Positions 1 to 13,051 of a DNA stretch of 64,000 nt are shown here, piece by piece (the stretch's first letter is position 1; the number at the start of each line of letters is the position of its first letter). Below the pieces are notes generated by a model. That model searched no databases, was not told the DNA's origin, and saw only the letters and a list, made by a program, of their open reading frames with translations. Made by a program: the position numbers and the translations under genes. This DNA is from Trichoplax adhaerens (Eukaryota > Animalia > Placozoa), in contig NW_002060946.1 in assembly GCF_000150275.1 (NCBI RefSeq), forward strand, positions 7,981,555-8,045,554. The letters run 5' to 3'.

Positions 1-1000
1 GCTATTCAGATTTAAAGTAAAGGTATATTCTTGAATTAATATACCATTACATTTTGTTCCCATATTATTTACTATCTCATAGGTTATGATATTGTATAGA
101 AAGTATTCTTCCACAAAGATACAGAAGTGATAAAGTACTAAAATTGTCCATTTATCTTCAAACTTAAGCGTATAAATGGTAACGTTATCTTTAATGAGTA
201 CAATTGTAATCTTTTATTTAATATTCTTCTATCGCTAAGAAGAATCATTTGTATTACTATAATATGTCGATCTGATACACATACCGTAATATAATGTAAT
301 CGTGATCACACGCTATCTGTTTTCATAATTTATTAATATTTCCGAAGACGGATACTATTTCAGTAAGTATTTTGAGATAAAGTATATCTGCAAAGACAGC
401 ATCAAGGGTGTAATGATCGATTTTAAGGTGCATGATGTGCATCTTTGTTTTTTAAATACTGAAATATTCAAGAGTTCATAATGTACTAAAAATAATCAGT
501 TTACCTTCCAGTTTGCAAAAACGAAAAAAAATTAGCTAATGACCCAATTGTCAAAATATTATCCAATAGTGCGATACCCCTTACAACCTGCCGAATGTTA
601 GTCAAAAAAGAATTGAATGATAAATATGCAGCGGACTTATGTATTCAAATTGGGATATTCATTGAATCCTTTACTTGTCGCAATAAATAATTATTCCGAG
701 CGTAGTCACTGAATTGACTCAGTCTTTCTTTCAGCCATGGCAGAAAGACTGTTAAGATGCCAAATAGTATCCGTTGAATTCTATTAATTTCGGAATTATC
801 TAAAGTTATTGTAAAATGAAAAATATTTCCCTGTTATCAATATAATTTCAAGCATACATAATACAAATCAGATGTATGCCTATTTTACAAAGCATTTCTA
901 CATTATTTGCAAAAGTGTCAAGATTACAGAGTGACTACTGCTGTTAGTACAAGAAATGGTACAACATCAATAAAGTATAAACGCTTATTATGCTTTTCAA

Positions 1001-1824
1001 NNNNNNNNNNNNNNNNNNNNNNNNNNNNNNNNNNNNNNNNNNNNNNNNNNNNNNNNNNNNNNNNNNNNNNNNNNNNNNNNNNNNNNNNNNNNNNNNNNNN
1101 NNNNNNNNNNNNNNNNNNNNNNNNNNNNNNNNNNNNNNNNNNNNNNNNNNNNNNNNNNNNNNNNNNNNNNNNNNNNNNNNNNNNNNNNNNNNNNNNNNNN
1201 NNNNNNNNNNNNNNNNNNNNNNNNNNNNNNNNNNNNNNNNNNNNNNNNNNNNNNNNNNNNNNNNNNNNNNNNNNNNNNNNNNNNNNNNNNNNNNNNNNNN
1301 NNNNNNNNNNNNNNNNNNNNNNNNNNNNNNNNNNNNNNNNNNNNNNNNNNNNNNNNNNNNNNNNNNNNNNNNNNNNNNNNNNNNNNNNNNNNNNNNNNNN
1401 NNNNNNNNNNNNNNNNNNNNNNNNNNNNNNNNNNNNNNNNNNNNNNNNNNNNNNNNNNNNNNNNNNNNNNNNNNNNNNNNNNNNNNNNNNNNNNNNNNNN
1501 NNNNNNNNNNNNNNNNNNNNNNNNNNNNNNNNNNNNNNNNNNNNNNNNNNNNNNNNNNNNNNNNNNNNNNNNNNNNNNNNNNNNNNNNNNNNNNNNNNNN
1601 NNNNNNNNNNNNNNNNNNNNNNNNNNNNNNNNNNNNNNNNNNNNNNNNNNNNNNNNNNNNNNNNNNNNNNNNNNNNNNNNNNNNNNNNNNNNNNNNNNNN
1701 NNNNNNNNNNNNNNNNNNNNNNNNNNNNNNNNNNNNNNNNNNNNNNNNNNNNNNNNNNNNNNNNNNNNNNNNNNNNNNNNNNNNNNNNNNNNNNNNNNNN
1801 NNNNNNNNNNNNNNNNNNNNNNNN
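1001..1824. other. Assembly gap (N run)
   Basis: Continuous N bases; the two long ORFs spanning it are artefacts. Confidence 0.99.
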
Positions 1825-2482
1825 ACTTTTGCGCTATCCTACAGTCGATGCAAGGATTAGCAGTGAGTAAGTATACTTTATCTCATCGATAACGATCATC
1901 CATATATAGTCCACATCAACATGGATTACGCAAATATGCAGTCGGTTTCTCGTCCAAAATCTGGCTGTATCGATTGTTACAACTACCTTTTGTGGAGTAT
2001 TCTAAATTAAATGTTAATATCCACGATGATTTTTTGGATGAGAATTGGTACTTACTCTCCAATCGATAGAAGCAAGAGAAAAAGCTTTTCCTTTTACCTC
2101 TATGAAATGAAGCTTTTGCACCATGATGATATGTGTTAAGATGAGAATTGAAACTTAATCCTCATCTCTGATATCCATCATGATATTGACAAGGGATTTC
2201 TTAAACTTACTATCGAATTAGAGCCTAGATAATGATCAATCTTGTCGACTATTTGTGATATCAATTCTACGCTTGTATGTAGATTGCTTAATTTTATGCA
2301 TCAATCTTATCCATGTATTAAATGAATTTTCGATAGTTAACACAGATTATTTGCGATTGTCGCATTCATGGATGACTACCTTTCTACAATATTATTTACT
2401 TATAGTAATTTTGTTCCTGGGTAGTTGGATCTTGATGAAAGTCTTGAATAGCCATCATGGATATTATGTTCCTTCAGTATCT

Positions 2483-3204
2483 ACACTCTATCAACATGTA
2501 AAGTAGTTTTATTTCTGTAGTATTTTTTCTCAAAGATGGAGAATACGAGTAGCTCTTACGCGTTTGGCCTTTGAACTAGATGTGTTGATCATCATTTTGC
2601 GGTAAGCTTTCTGATGTCAGTTTGATCAATCGAAGCTAAAACTATCCTTGTACTAGTTTGTCCCTCTCCAATCCTGACATGGCATTTTATACATTGAGCA
2701 AAAAGAACATTCCTATGCATTTAGTCCTTTAATATCTACACTTTAGCAACATGTAAAGTTGCTTTTTTTACAGTATTTTTTCTCAAAGATGGAGAATACG
2801 AGTAGCTCTTACGCGTTTGGCCCTTGAACTACATGTGTTGATCATCATTTTGCGGTAAGCTTTCTGATGTCAGTTTGATCAATCGAAGCTAAAACTATCC
2901 TTGTACTAGTTTGTCCCTCTCCAATCCTGACATGGCATTTTAGACATTGAGCAAAAAGAACATTCCTATGCATTTAGTCCTTTAATATCTACACTTTATC
3001 AACATGTAAAGTTGCTTTTTTTACAGTATTTTTTCTCAAAGATGGAGAATACGAGTAGCTCTTACGCGTTTGGCCCTTGAACTACATGTGTTGATCATCA
3101 TTTTGCGGTAAGCTTTCTGATGTCAGTTTGATCAATCGAAGGTAAAACTATCCTTGTACTAGTTTGTCCCTCTCCAATCTTGACTTGGCATTTTAGACAT
3201 TGAG
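2483..3204. repeat. Tandem repeat, ~253-bp unit, ~2.8 near-identical copies
   Basis: TATTTTTTCTCAAAGATGGAGAATACGAGTAGCTCTTACGCG recurs at ~2521, ~2775 and ~3027 with near-identical intervening sequence. Confidence 0.95.
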
Positions 3205-4110
3205 CCCTACTTATCCATGTCAATGGAGTGGATCTAGACCTGAATGCAATTTTCATCGACTGATTCTGACATCCTTTCTCCAATAGAATCAACATCCAAG
3301 TGATTGTCAATGTCGCTGTTTCCTGGGTAGAAAAAATGGAACTTTTTTTCCCCTCCCCTCGCCCTTGTGATATCCAACAACATTAATTGATAACATAACA
3401 TGCCCAAGTTGATTAGTCTGACAAGAGAAGATGACATAGGATGAGAAAAATAGTCCGCGACATAGCATGAGAAAATAGTTGGCGGTCGTTGTCCTCTTGA
3501 TGACAATTTGATCATGGCTGTTTATGTGGCAGTTTGTTCTTCTCGCCCAATGTCATGGCCATGGGAATTCAATCATCATCGACAATCATACAGCTACCAA
3601 TGGTTTAAGTTGTTTGCAATACAAGACAAGAATCAAGCAAGCAACTAACCTGAGTAACTCGAGCAACAGTAGACATGGTCGTTGTGATTTCCTTTTTGCA
3701 ATTCGTCCACCAAAATATCGTCAACAAAATCAACTAGCCAAGTTCAAGCTCCTTTTGACACTTCTCAAAATCACCATTGCTTGTCCCTATCCATTTGCAT
3801 AGGAACAAGGTTATTGCTAGACTACGTTAAAGGTGTTTGGAAGTGGAGATATACCTTCCAAAGTCCAAAGGGAATGAAATTATTGCAACACTAGCGAGGA
3901 CTTTAGGGGCCCTAATTGCAAGCTGAGTCTGATCCTATTCTACCTTCCCATACAGTCTCGCTAGCTATACTGTTGTCTCATCACGAGTAGTATGCGCCAA
4001 TCACTACAGAAATTGGCAGTCGTAAGCCTAGTTAAGATTCCACATATCTTGCATTTGTATCGCCAGGTTGGAGAAAGTACTTTTGCAGCTTCCATGGCTA
4101 TCCTTAACCT

Positions 4111-4735
4111 TAAATCTTCTCTTCTTCCATCTACCCATTGCCCAATTTTTAGACTTAATCCTTTAATAAAACACCAATGCAGCCCTAAAACAGCAGTATT
4201 AGCAGATTAGTCATGCCAAGCTGTTGAAGAAGAAGTACACAAGCGATGGTTGTCGACATGTTGTGCTGGAGTTCATGATATCGATGATGGAGTAAAAATG
4301 CAAATCTTCTCTTCTTCCATCTACCCATTGCCCAATTTTTAGACTTAATCCTGTAATAAAACACCAATGCAGCCCTAAAACAGCTGTATTAGCAGATTAG
4401 TCATGCCAAGCTGTTGAAGAAGAAGTACACTAGCGATGGTTGTCGACATGTTGTGCTGGAGTTCATGACATCGAGTAAGGAATCCATCCGATCGATGATG
4501 GAGTAAAAATGCAAACCTTCTCTTCCACCATCTACCCATTGCCCAATTTTTAGACTTAATCCTGTAATAAATCACCAATGCAGCCCTAAAACAGCTGTAT
4601 TAGCAGATTAGTCATGCCAAGCTGTTGAAGAAGAAGTACACAAGCGATGGTTGCCGACATGTTGTGCTGGAGTTCATGACATCGAGTAAGGAATCCATCC
4701 GATCGATGATGGAGTAAAAATGCAAATCTTCTCTT
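4111..4735. repeat. Tandem repeat, 191-211-bp unit, ~3 copies
   Basis: AAATCTTCTCTTC...CCATCTACCCATTGCCCAATTTTTAGAC recurs at ~4111, ~4302, ~4513, with a partial copy at ~4723. It produces the three similar minus-strand ORFs. Confidence 0.95.
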
Positions 4736-4738
4736 CTG

Positions 4739-5595
4739 GATGCAATCAGGAGTAAAACCTAGGCTAATCGGCGCCAATCATTACTGGGATGAGGCAGTCT
4801 TAAGCCTTATGAAAATGCTGCATTCGTCTAGATAGCTTGGAGAAAATATTTTTTCAACCTTACGTAGTCAGCATGGTGAGAGTACGGAAGGAGTGCACGA
4901 TGATTCAATCATGCAGAATCGCAAAATGGAAGATTAGCAATTGCAATTAATCCTGCTGTAAACCCCCAATGCAGTCCCTAAAAGCTGATCGAATCCATCG
5001 GTAGATTACTGGTGTCAAGACGTTTCCATAAGTTATCGTTGTAAAGGAGTCAAGTAGAGAGTAGAGTAAATCATCCAGTTTTCTACTTTATTATCCGCGA
5101 TGCAATCATGAGTAAACATGGACGCATGCAGTTTTCACTAGGACTTGCCTTCTCTTAAGCCTTGTGAAAATGCTCCATTCGTCTAAATAGCTTACAGAAA
5201 GTGTTTTTTCAGGCCTACATAGTCAGCCTGGTGATAGCACTGTCGTAGTAGCGGCCATTTTATCATGCACAATCGTAAAATACAACATCATAAATGCCTT
5301 CTAACCCTGCAATAAATCCCCCAATGCAGTCTGCTAAAAGCAGATCGAATCCATCGGTAGATTATTGCTGTAAAGCCATTTTAAAAATCATGAGTAAACA
5401 TAGACGCATCCAGTCATCACTAAGACTTGCCTTCTCTTAAGCCTTGTGAAAATGTTCTATCCGTCTAAATAGCTAGCAGAAAGTGTTTTTTCAGGCCTAC
5501 ATAATCAGCCTGGCGATAGTACTGTGGTAGTAGCGGCCATTTTATCATGCACAATCGTAAAATATAACATCACAAATAGCATCTAACCCTGCAAC
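4739..5595. repeat. Diverged tandem repeat, ~290-360-bp unit, 3 copies
   Basis: (GATGC)AATCA(G/T)GAGTAAA at ~4739, ~5099 and ~5386, each followed by CTTAAGCCTT(A/G)TGAAAATG...GTCTA(A/G)ATAGCT...TCAGC(A/C)TGG. Confidence 0.85.
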
Positions 5596-7524
5596 GTAAA
5601 AGCCTGGTATAAGCGATGCTTTTGATCATTTAGGTAGATTGATTTCAGCTTCGTAGAAAGAGAAATACCGACGATCGATTTTTATTTGCATACCAAGTCC
5701 TAGAAGTTGGAGTGATTGATATTCAAGAATTGGGTTTACCATGTTTGTCTTGCAAAACAAATTTGCAATGATATGGAAGTCGCTGCACGATTTCTGTTAA
5801 GTTTGTTGTTGGTAGATGGAGAATTATGGTTGTTGCAACGAGTCTTTCCTTGTCTACCCAAGCTTGTTCTACGATATCGTAGAATCTCCAATGGATTGAG
5901 AATCAGTAATGCAATCTGTTATTGCATATTGATAGTGCCATTGAAATGTGGAGTAGAGTTAACAGAGCAGTTTTTTGGGGGGGATTGCCTATGGATATCA
6001 AAGACTCCCTGAGCATCACTCTACTGTAACTGTGGACTCATGATGCGTTGGAATCTCCTATGAAGAATACTTTACTTTGACGATAGCATACTCCAATAAA
6101 CGCTAATGTTGGAAATGAGTGCTGTGTAGACTTGTATAAAATAGGAAAGTACAAATGGAAGGTAGAATAACAGTTCTGAACAGATCAATAGTTGGGCTAA
6201 GGCATGCATACATGTTATAATTTCACTTCTGCGACAAGGTAAAGTCCAGTAAATGTCTACAAGTAGCTGCCGACTTCAACGCCCTTTTACTTCACGTTCA
6301 ACACAGCAAAAGACTGTCAAGATGCAACTTTTATTAGCAAAGATACATCTACAACTTTTGACCACCCCACTCCACTTTAATGTTCCCGTTTATATAGGAA
6401 CCGTCTAATTTGGAAACGGCAACAGTAGAATTCATTATTCTACCTTACTAGGAGAAACATCGCGAAGTAAGATGTTCCTTGCAACGCTTTTCTATCAGGA
6501 AATTTTATTTTAAATCGCTTACTCAAACTTCATCTTAACTCGTAGATTGTCTAATTCAACTATCATCCACTACAACTTCAATCATCTTACGGCTTAACTA
6601 TCACATAATAATAATAATCAATATCAAATATGTAATGAACTTCCACATTAAGGCATTACTTGTCTTACCTAGCACTACAAATCGGGATATTTCTCCATAC
6701 TCGCTATTACTGTCCTAATTAAACTATCCTAACGACAAGGCAACACTCTAACAATATTGTAGTAGTTAGACTGTGCTAGCTTCGTTGATCGTTGTCAAGT
6801 AAGCGATGGCGTTAATCCTTGATAGAAGAAGAGATAGTTCTACATAGGAAAGTCTAGTTGAAAGGACCAGTTGCAAGTCTTGTAGCTATCATCAATTGGC
6901 AATAAACCAACTCAAAATCGATATTGACTTTCGGCACAACCGGCCATGACAACGTCAGATCGTTGCTCTGTGCATGCTATCGCCATACTTTCAAAGCATG
7001 CAAGTAAGGCAATGAACTGAAATGACTACAATCATATTAGGTTTAGAATGACGAAAAGATTATACTTCGAGTTGCCATGATATCGATCATGTAAGTGCCT
7101 ATCGTTACTGCTAAGAAAAGGTAACTGATAATCCATGGTAAAAGAACTGTTTGACAGTGTGGAACAGAACAAAGTTGAACAAGAAAAATGGAGCCTTGGC
7201 ATGTTACGAATTATGCTTGGAGGTGAATGGTATGTCCACTCGTCTATACGGTAATAAATGTAAAAATATCTCACGATGATTCGAGCTAAGCTAGTCTAAT
7301 TCTTACAAAATAAACTATCTCAGGCAGATAGAATCAAAAAAGTCTTTTAGGACAGAGCTAAGAATAGTAGAGCAATCATGAACTACAACAGAATCTGATG
7401 GAAAGTATCTTGAGCTTAAAAAAAAGTGTCGTCTAGTCTAGTGCAAGCTGATCTCTCCAGTTCTTCAACACATTTCTTAACTTCTGAATCAATTTCATTT
7501 CTTTCTAATTCTTAATTTCTTAAA

Positions 7525-7702
7525 TTCATTTTGTTCCATCTATGGACGGTAAAAGTCGCCTAAACAGACTGGAGTTGTCAAATAGACCACTTTTCCTCAA
7601 CTAGATCATCTATACATTTTGTTCCATCTATGGACGGTAAAAGTCGCCTACAAACAGACTCGAGCCGTCAAATAGACCACTTTTCCTCAACTACATTATC
7701 AA
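7525..7702. repeat. Tandem duplication, ~89 bp x2
   Basis: CATTTTGTTCCATCTATGGACGGTAAAAGTCGCCTA...TCAAATAGACCACTTTTCCTCAACTA occurs twice. Confidence 0.9.
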
Positions 7703-8265
7703 TACGTTTTGCACTACGAATTAATCTATTTAAAGTTTCATTACTCTAACATGAATGTCTAACACTATAAGTTATTGGCCATCATCACCATGATAGCCCA
7801 TCAAGTTACATAAATCTTGCACCATAGTTTACAAACTGGCTAATACCGTGAGATTGGAAGATAGAGTTTCAAGATCGATTGCAATTGGCAAGAGAGAAAG
7901 AAACAGTCCTTGATAGAAGAACTGATCTACCAAACAGCGTGCAATTTAGCAAGAGATCAGAGTCTCCATTTTACTTTCAAGGCAAATGTAAATTGCCACT
8001 GCATACAGAAATATACGTATAGAGTCCTTGGTAGAAGAATTAATTTATATCAACAACATAAAGTTAATAAGAAGCCGAAGTTTTGTTACATTATTTTGGA
8101 GACACTGCATCATAACTCATCTCCCTGTTGCAGTGTTATGGCTCTGTAGAGTAGAGATTCGAGTAGAAATATTGATATTAGGACAATTTTATTAGCTTGC
8201 CCATATTTAATCAGCTTCTAATTTAGACATATTGCATTTTAATATAATAGTGACTTTTTTGTGAG

Positions 8266-9000
8266 ACTGTGATATATCTATGACAGATATCTATTCTGAA
8301 ACTGTTAGCTACCTGTTAGATCGGGTAAATCGGTCAATTTTTAAAACATAAACGATATTTTTTTCATTGTCGTTCACATCTCATCAACGCGAGGGCCAAT
8401 GCTTGAAAATTGTTTTTAATTTTATTTACTTTAATAGGGAGTTAACTGTGATATATCTTTGACAGATATCTATTCTGAAACTGCTAGCTACCCGTTAGAT
8501 CGGGTAAATCGATCAATTTTTAAAACATAAACGATATTTTTTCCCCGTTGTCGTTCACATCTCATCAACACGGGGCCAATGCTTGGAAATTGTTTTTAAT
8601 TAATTTTATTTACTTTAATAGGGAGTTAACTGCGATATACCTTTGACAGATATCTATTCTGAAATTGCTAGCTACCCACTAGATCGGGTAAATCGGTCAA
8701 TTTTTTGTAAACATAAACGATATTTTTTTCCCGTTGTCGTTCACATCTCATCAACACGAGGGCCAATGCTTGGAAATTGTTTTTAATTAATTTTATTTAC
8801 TTTAATAGGGAGTTAACTGCGATATACCTTGGACAGATATCTATTCTGAAATTGCTAGCTACCCACTAGATCGGGTAAATCGGTCAATTTTTTATAAACA
8901 TAAACGATATTTTTTTCCCGTTGTCGTTCACATCTCATCAACACGAGGGCCAATGCTTGGAAATTGCTCTTAATTTTATTTACTTTAATGGGGAGTTAAT
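8266..9000. repeat. Tandem repeat, ~180-187-bp unit, 4 copies
   Basis: ACTG(T/C)GATATA...GACAGATATCTATTCTGAAA...TAGATCGGGTAAATCG...GGGAGTTAA at ~8266, ~8446, ~8629 and ~8816. Confidence 0.95.
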
Positions 9001-9322
9001 AACATAATACGAAACTGGCCGAATAAGGCAATCTAGTGATATATTAGAAGGGAATGGAGAATAATCTATTTATAGTTCCAATCACTGTCATTGTAAGTAA
9101 CTAAGGAAAGTTCTAGATGAGCTCCAAAAAATATTCCGTGTATAAACATAATGCAATCTCATTACCTTCAAGAATTTTTTTCGATGTCTATCTTTGTAAA
9201 TACTGTTGCCTTCATTAGGTAGCAGTAGATGTTACAAATATAAATTTGTAACAAGGAAAAGTGAAACAAATATAGAAATTTAAATACTCTCTACTGTCAG
9301 GTTTGTCCTGCCTGACCTTTAA

Positions 9323-9642
9323 CTACGGTACGACTACAACTACTGACAATTTTCCTATCGTTAGGAGAAACAGTCAACACCACTAGTCTCTCCAATCATA
9401 ATTGAACCCAAACTTTATTGAAAAAGTCAAATCAATTAATCGAAAATCGATATCAACTAATATTAACCTATCAGTTTTTAGATAACCTACGGTACAACTA
9501 CAACTACTGACAATTTTCCTATCGTTAGGAGAAACAGTCAACACCACTAGTCTCTCCAATCATAATTTGAACCCAAACTTTATTGAAAAAATCAATCGAA
9601 AATCGACATCCACTAATATTAACCTATCAGTTTTTAGATAAT
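9323..9642. repeat. Tandem duplication, ~163 bp x2
   Basis: CTACGGTAC(G/A)ACTACAACTACTGACAATTTTCCTATCGTTAGGAGAAACAG... occurs at ~9323 and ~9487. Confidence 0.9.
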
Positions 9643-11953
9643 ATTATACAACGATTCAGTTATCGATGAAAAGTATGTACAACATTATAGATAATTTACT
9701 AGATAAGTTATTTTTAAAGAGATCATGTTACGGCAGCGAAGCAATAATTGAACCCATAGCGGTAGACAAAATGAGTCGCTGATCCATTGGAAGATTTCAA
9801 ACTGAATAATATCAACACTAGGACACCTAAATTACGGTAAAAGTGTATCAAAATGCGCTATGCCGTGTAAGTAAGAAAATACTTCTTAAAATTAGAGTTG
9901 AACTTAATCGACGAGGTGTCTAAATCTTTGCTTTGCTCACTAGCACAGGAAAAATGTTCCCGATAACGCAGATATCATTCCTGATAGGTGATTCAAGAGT
10001 GCGACTTAATTATTGATCGTAAATGACCTCGTCTGGCTTTAATGTAATAATCCCAGAATCAACTGGGGAAGGAGCTTATTCAACGTCATTAAAATTGATC
10101 ATTTTTCAATTGCCACTGCAGAGAGAGGAATGTACGTCTATAGTTCTTAGTTGAAGAATCAAGTTATATACGTGTATGGAATTGCCCCTAGTTAGCCGAA
10201 AAGGATGCTATCGTTTTAATACGATTAACTGTACTATAGTTCAACATGGATGGTATCATGGTTTATCATTATCGCAAGGAGAATGAGCTTTGCAATTAAT
10301 ACATTTAGCAAGACTATAATCCATCTTCGCCATAGCTTCATGATTCAAATGATAATTATACGATATTCATTTCTTCCGAGTATATTACTAGCAGAAATCC
10401 ACATTTGGAACCAACTTCAGTAGAGCTTTATTCTTTATTGATGGTAAACTGACAGAAAAACGTTTTCTTGTCTACTTGATTGCGCAGTAGTTCCTTGCTA
10501 AAAGCAACTACATTCCCCGTGAATTCTTCACTTTTTCAACGTGTACCATATTGACTAGCATGAATACTTGAAAGATGATTCGAATAAAAGATCAACTCAA
10601 TTCTGTAATCAAATCAAGAAGAATCATAATTTATATCATCATTATGGATGCTTTCATGGTCACTTTTTGTTCGTCATTTTCTGCAATCACTTGCTATTAC
10701 ACAGTCTGTTATAGTAATTGATGTATCTAATTCTACCATTTTGTTCTTTAGATGATGTCTTCTCTCTCTTAAGCTATCAATACTAACGATTTCTATCTCA
10801 GATTTACTTGCAGCAGTAGCAGTATTACTATTTTTCTACGTTACTCCACGATGGCTTACATGCACTGCTCTACAGTAACTATCACATTATATACAATCCT
10901 AATCTATAATAAAGTCTTCATTTTTCTCTTAAAATCTTGTGTAATTCTCTGCGTGGTAACGAAGTCCACTACTGCTGATATATCCGAATCCTCTATCATA
11001 ATGATTTTCAAAATTTTCCAGTATTTAGGTATCTTAACCATCTTATATTATCGGGACACCTGGTAAATCGCTATAGAATAATCTCACAATAGCACCACAA
11101 GGAAAGATATAATGTATAAATTACAACTGGGGCTTCGAAAATAGTTATTCCTTGCCAGTAACTGGAATCTCCATATTTAAAACAGACTACAATGGAAAAT
11201 TTTATTCTTGATAATAAATTGACAGACAAGCGTTTTTCTTGTCTACTTAATAGCAGTGTAATTCATTGTGATAGTAAATTATGATCTAAGATTGCATGGC
11301 ATTCATTTAAATCTCACTACCATTAATTACATGGACGATTAATCCATTTGTTGTGCTATACTGTATGATATCCAATTGCTTGCTAAAAGCAGCTCAATTT
11401 CCATCACACTCTTCATCTTCTGAATGTGTACAATATTGATTAGCGTGGATAATTAAGAGATCATTCAAATAAAATATCACCTAAATTGTGTAATAAAATA
11501 AAAAATAATTTATAACGTTGTAGAAATACCTTCACTCTCATAAAACTACTCAAGAATAATCCGATAGGAGTATTCGTATCAATTTTTAGTCAAGCAAATA
11601 AAATGGCTCTTTTAAGTTAAATTTAAGTTCATAAAAGAAAAGCGTAGCTTGAGTTAAGGCTTCAAGTTGGTATTTTACAGATTTTCAAGCTTGTTAACAA
11701 TTTCTTTACAGCTATAAATACTATCAACACTTGCTACAAATGCATAAAGAATTCCGGTAGAATCACGTATTTTAGCTATGTACAAGATAGAATCCTAAAT
11801 AGTATGCTAAAGTATTATCGTAAAAGATACAAATGACCTCAACAAAACATCGGTTATGATACATTTTAGCTTCTTAGAAGCAATTGTAACCACCATTTAA
11901 AGATGAAGAGCAATTAAAATCGAGATAAAAGAATAAGCTAAAACCGATTCATT

Positions 11954-13051
11954 TTAAACTGAATAACTATTATGGCGTGAATAATGGTCGTTATAGCAAA
12001 AATCGCGAAATAGTTTAACTTGGTGAACAGCTAATTTATTATTTGTATAATTAGATTGACTTAGTTCCATAGAAGAATTTCGTTCACGTCTTGAAAGAAA
12101 ATTCCTTGCGAAAGAGTCACGAAATGACTGATGAGATCGAGCATAAATAATAGGATTAATAGCACCATTAACGTAACTTACAACGTGAGCAAAGGAATAA
12201 ACAATTCGAAATGTATTAATATTTTGTGAAATTATCCTTGGCGCAAAGGTAATTAACAAGAAACATGTATAAAGAGGAATCCAACAGATGAACATCAAAC
12301 CGACAATAATAACTAACATTTTAAATACTTTCTTATTAATTCGATTGAATGTTTGACGATTTTGACTTGCTTGGCGGCCCTGGCGATCTTTTAAGAAGAC
12401 ACCAACACGCCAATATAATATACTGGTAGTACATAGCGGTAGAATAAAAATCAGCACAGTTAACGAAATGATGTAGACTTGATCCAATATAGCCCGTAAG
12501 GATCGATTCGCATGGAAGACATGCACACATACTTGGACACCATTTAATACGTAGTAGTTCACGCTGGCAATAATTGGTAATGCAGTTAATATAGCTGCAA
12601 TCCATATTACACCGATAATCCAAAAAGTGGTACGGGCAGTAATCTTACGTTTATGTGGATGACAAATATAACGATAGCGTTCAATGGCGATAATCATAGC
12701 TGTAAAGCCCGATGCAGCTACAAAAGCATTTGGTAAGCCATGAAAGATGTGGCATGCTATACGTCCAAAAACCCAATTTCTCTTGGTTATATTACGACTA
12801 AAATTAACTGGCATGGTAATTAGTGTAACACATAAATCACAAATTGCCAAGTTTACAATTAGGATATTCATCGGGATTCTCATACGTCGCCTTTTATCCA
12901 ATATATAGCAAACTACAACTAAAGAATTGCCAACGGCAGACATTATAAATATTATGCTGTAAAGTGTACTTAAAATGATAGTATAAGCTAGTGGTTGCTG
13001 GAACGTTACTTTCGTTGTTGGATAGATGGTCGTATAATTGCTAACAGCCAT
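11954..13051 (-). CDS. Rhodopsin-class (class A) GPCR, peptide-receptor-like, intronless CDS, 365 aa
   Basis: Seven hydrophobic segments with GNSLV (TM1), NLAICD (TM2), W-x-FG-xx-AC before TM3, AIERYRYICHP (E/DRY), FILP..LY (TM5), FICWIPLY (CWxP) and NGAINPIIY (NPxxY). Confidence 0.95.
   Translation of the reverse strand: MAVSNYTTIYPTTKVTFQQPLAYTIILSTLYSIIFIMSAVGNSLVVVCYILDKRRRMRIPMNILIVNLAICDLCVTLITMPVNFSRNITKRNWVFGRIACHIFHGLPNAFVAASGFTAMIIAIERYRYICHPHKRKITARTTFWIIGVIWIAAILTALPIIASVNYYVLNGVQVCVHVFHANRSLRAILDQVYIISLTVLIFILPLCTTSILYWRVGVFLKDRQGRQASQNRQTFNRINKKVFKMLVIIVGLMFICWIPLYTCFLLITFAPRIISQNINTFRIVYSFAHVVSYVNGAINPIIYARSHQSFRDSFARNFLSRRERNSSMELSQSNYTNNKLAVHQVKLFRDFCYNDHYSRHNSYSV

Noticed and set aside
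907-1892. Two ~300-aa ORFs
   Set aside because: They consist almost entirely of the N gap.
4185-4777. Three similar small minus-strand ORFs resembling a peptide gene cluster
   Set aside because: They are by-products of the ~200-bp tandem repeat, use non-ATG starts and show no recognisable domain.
2483-9642. CRISPR-like or RNA-gene arrays
   Set aside because: Whole units are repeated with no unique spacers, the context is eukaryotic, and I see no tRNA, 5S or snRNA match.
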